From the NCBI GenBank assembly GCA_028534125.1, contig CM052818.1, positions 47,804,001 through 47,868,000 of the forward strand: DNA of 64,000 nt, read 5' to 3'. This DNA comes from Lama glama (lineage: Eukaryota). Each line of letters starts with the position of its first letter. Position 1 is the first letter of the stretch. Of this stretch, positions 61,216 through 64,000 are shown piece after piece. The notes under the pieces were generated by a model. It was not told the DNA's origin, did not search any database, and worked only from the letters and a program-made list of their open reading frames with translations. Position numbers and translations under genes: made by a program.

Positions 61216-62735
61216 TAAGCGCAAATCTGATTGTGGCTATTCTTCTAATGGAAAAAATGTATCTTCTCTTGTATGTGCATAAATACAAAATAAGGAATGA
61301 AAGCTCTCTTGGCTGTAAGCAGATGTGTCATTCCCAACTGAGTGAGTCAGTTACCCTCTCTGTTTGCAAAACAAGACCGTCAGGCTGGGAGAGGACCCAA
61401 GGATCCTCCACTTACAGTGGCCATAGCTTCATAATCCTGTAATGAATGGAATTCACTTATAGCCCGAACTCCCTTATAATTTTTAGCAGGATCATAACAC
61501 AGGGTGTGTTGTTTTTATATCATTTTGTTAATGTTTCAATAACTTGGGATGATTATGGAGGGGCTATATAGTGTGATATCTTATGTGTTGATTCCTACAA
61601 AATCTTTACGTAAATTAGTCTTTTGTAAAAGAAAAAAAAACAGCTTTAAATTCCTTAGGGGACTCTAGTGTGACATAATGTGACTAAGAAGGGAGCACTC
61701 CTCTGGCTGCCCCTCCCACACAGTGGAACCCCTAGCTTCCTCCCACCAACGCTTGAAATAATCTCATCACTGGTGTTTCCGCCGACACTCTACTGCCCCC
61801 TAGAGTCTGCTCTTTGCACAGCACCCAGCGTGATCCTGAAAAGTCACCTCCTGTTCCTCACACTCAGGGGTTTTCCTTCAAGGCTCTGGTTAGCGTTTGT
61901 CCCAAGAAAGGTCTTCCGCATTACTTGGTCTAAAATACCCTTCTTCATTCTCTTCCGTTTTGCGCTAACTCATGACTGTGTCTTCGTCTATATCCAGTAT
62001 ATTTACAGCCACGTCAGTAACTGTGTATCTCTGCCCGTAATTATACATTCATGTCCATGACTGCACCTCCATGCTCGTGACTGTGCCTTCATATCCACGA
62101 CCACATCTGAATCCGCATCCATGTCCACATCTCCAGCTGCATCTCTGCAGCGTGTGCACGTGTACCTGCGCTTCTGCACCGGAATGTACTCCCCATGAAG
62201 GCAGGGGCTCTGTTTTTGCCGTGGCTTTAATCCCAGCCTCTAGAACAGTGCCTGGCCTATAATAGACACAAAATTAATATATGTCAGACGGACGAACGGA
62301 TCTCCTGCCTGTCGGCCCCGGACTGGGCTTCGGGGTTTGGCTTTTCTAGCTCTGTGGACAAGGTACTCAACTTCAATGTGACTCTATGTTCTCACTTCTC
62401 CATCCAGGATGCCATCATTTCTCTCAAAGATCTGGTGTGAGAATGAAATTAGATCCTGTATGAAAGAGGAGCCCCAGTTCTGGCCCAGAAAAGGCACGGA
62501 GGTAAGGTTGGCTCCCTTCTTCCTCCATCTGCCTTGCTGAGCACATCTTGACGTTCAGAGGTCTCTGGGCTCAAAGGGAAATACATCTGTTAGTGTTCAC
62601 TGCTGAGGCATTTTGAGTGTGGGCAAACTGAGGCTTCCCAGCTCCGGAAGGTTATAGACATAAATGCTATTTTCCATGGGAGAGATCGCCGAAACACAGA
62701 GCTGATTTGCCCACGAGTTTAAGTGTGGTGATGGC

Positions 62736-62775
62736 AAATAAGTAAATAAATACATAAATAAGTAAATAAATACAT
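62736..62775 (+). repeat. Perfect 20-bp tandem duplication (AAATAAGTAAATAAATACAT x2)
   Basis: Seen directly. Confidence 0.9.
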
Positions 62776-64000
62776 TTTAAAGTCGAGAACAATGGCAGCT
62801 TATTATTTAATTTCATTCATAGACAAAAATTAAGAGTTAAGGTAACTTTTGTTACCTAAGTCACATGAGCTTAAGCATTTACCCTGTCACCCAACAGAAG
62901 AGATCGTATTTTATCAATGAAAAACTTTCAAGGCCTCCTTCCATTTGTATTTAAAACTCAAACACGTTTGCAAGAGAGAATTACCTCCCTTAGAAATAGA
63001 AGCCAATAGTCAATAATAACATTAGGCCCAAGCATCTGCTGAGAGTCTCACATGCCGTGTTGCACACATTGCTCACGTTCAGCCTATGAGTCAACTGCTC
63101 TTACAGTCTGATGCCTGGTTTGAAGGTACACAACCAGGCGGAGGTCACAGGACAAGCTAGCGGCGGAGCTGGAATCATGCTGTGTTCGTCTGCCCCTGGA
63201 GCTGCTGAGGACCCCCAGCCACTCTGCTTGGATGCCCAGGGGACAGCAAGCCAGTCCCAGTGACAGTTCAATCTAAGGATGTAAACAAATTAAGACTAAA
63301 AGTGAAAACTGAAACCCAAATATACCCAGGTTTGTGTAGCTTCCTCTTTACTGTTTACAAATGGTCCCTTTGCAAGTCATCTCCGGCCACCCTCTGAGGA
63401 CTGGGTGAGACTTTGTATCACTTCACAGATGGGAGAGGGGACGTCGTATGACGTCACCGACTGCCCCAGTTAATCAGGAGTAGAGACCAGAGCTCCACCT
63501 TCCGCCTGTAGGTCTCCGTTCTTTCCACTTACCTGCCTGTCTAGGCGGAAAGCTTCTGGTCCAGAGTTAGTCTTATTTGTGCCTTTACAATTGTCTTCTA
63601 AGCGTCAGCGACTCTAATAGCGATTGTGAGTACACAGCTCTTAGAGAAACGCAGACACAATCCCTTCCAGCTGGAGGAGAGAGACAGATAGTAAACAGAT
63701 AAACACACAAAATGTTAGTGCCACGGTGGTGTTAGTCCCACAGACAGAATGAAAAGATTGGGAGAACCATGTTGGGGAAAGGGTTGAGATTTTAAGTTGA
63801 GTGGAGCAGAGCTGCTCTGCTAAAGAGATATTTGAGCACCTGAAGGAAGTGAGAAAGCCAGCCACGTGGGTATCAGGAGAGACGGGGTTCTAGGCAGACA
63901 CAACTGCAGGTGCAAAGGCCCTGAGGTGATGGGAGGGTTCTTTTTTTTTTTTTTTTGACATATAGTCAGTTACAATGTGTCAATTTCCAGTGTGCAGCAT

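Noticed and set aside
62040..62185. His/Pro/Cys-periodic ORF (62071-62262)
   Set aside because: Degenerate hexamer simple repeat embedded in L2-like sequence

Overview
Mammalian genomic DNA, most likely camelid (several tRNA-derived Vic-1-like SINEs). The window is the interferon-stimulated CMPK2-RSAD2(viperin)-RNF144A locus. CMPK2 is complete on the + strand: 5 exons, CDS 38616-48468, 450 aa, with a CpG-island promoter carrying two ISREs. RSAD2 lies head-to-head with it on the - strand. Its exons 3-6 are intact (33487 down to the stop at 24928), but exons 1-2 and its promoter are not visible and most likely sit in a 500-N gap at 33567-34066. A second 500-N gap interrupts an L1 and hides much more than 500 bp. 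A CpG island at about 15.4-16.45 kb is probably the RNF144A promoter and non-coding exon 1 (by synteny only). The rest is intronic or intergenic DNA with L1 fragments, solo LTRs, MER and MLT relics, a near full-length Tigger1, SINEs and microsatellites. The viperin/CMPK2 ddhCTP pathway is already known, and I found no convincing new protein-coding system. The most interesting candidates are regulatory: a CCAAT/octamer/TATA-rich solo LTR aimed antisense into RSAD2 exon 3, a CpG/E-box cluster in RSAD2 intron 3, and a weak-then-strong ATG pair in CMPK2 that could give an isoform without the mitochondrial presequence. Family names and comparisons with human sequences are from memory, not from database searches.
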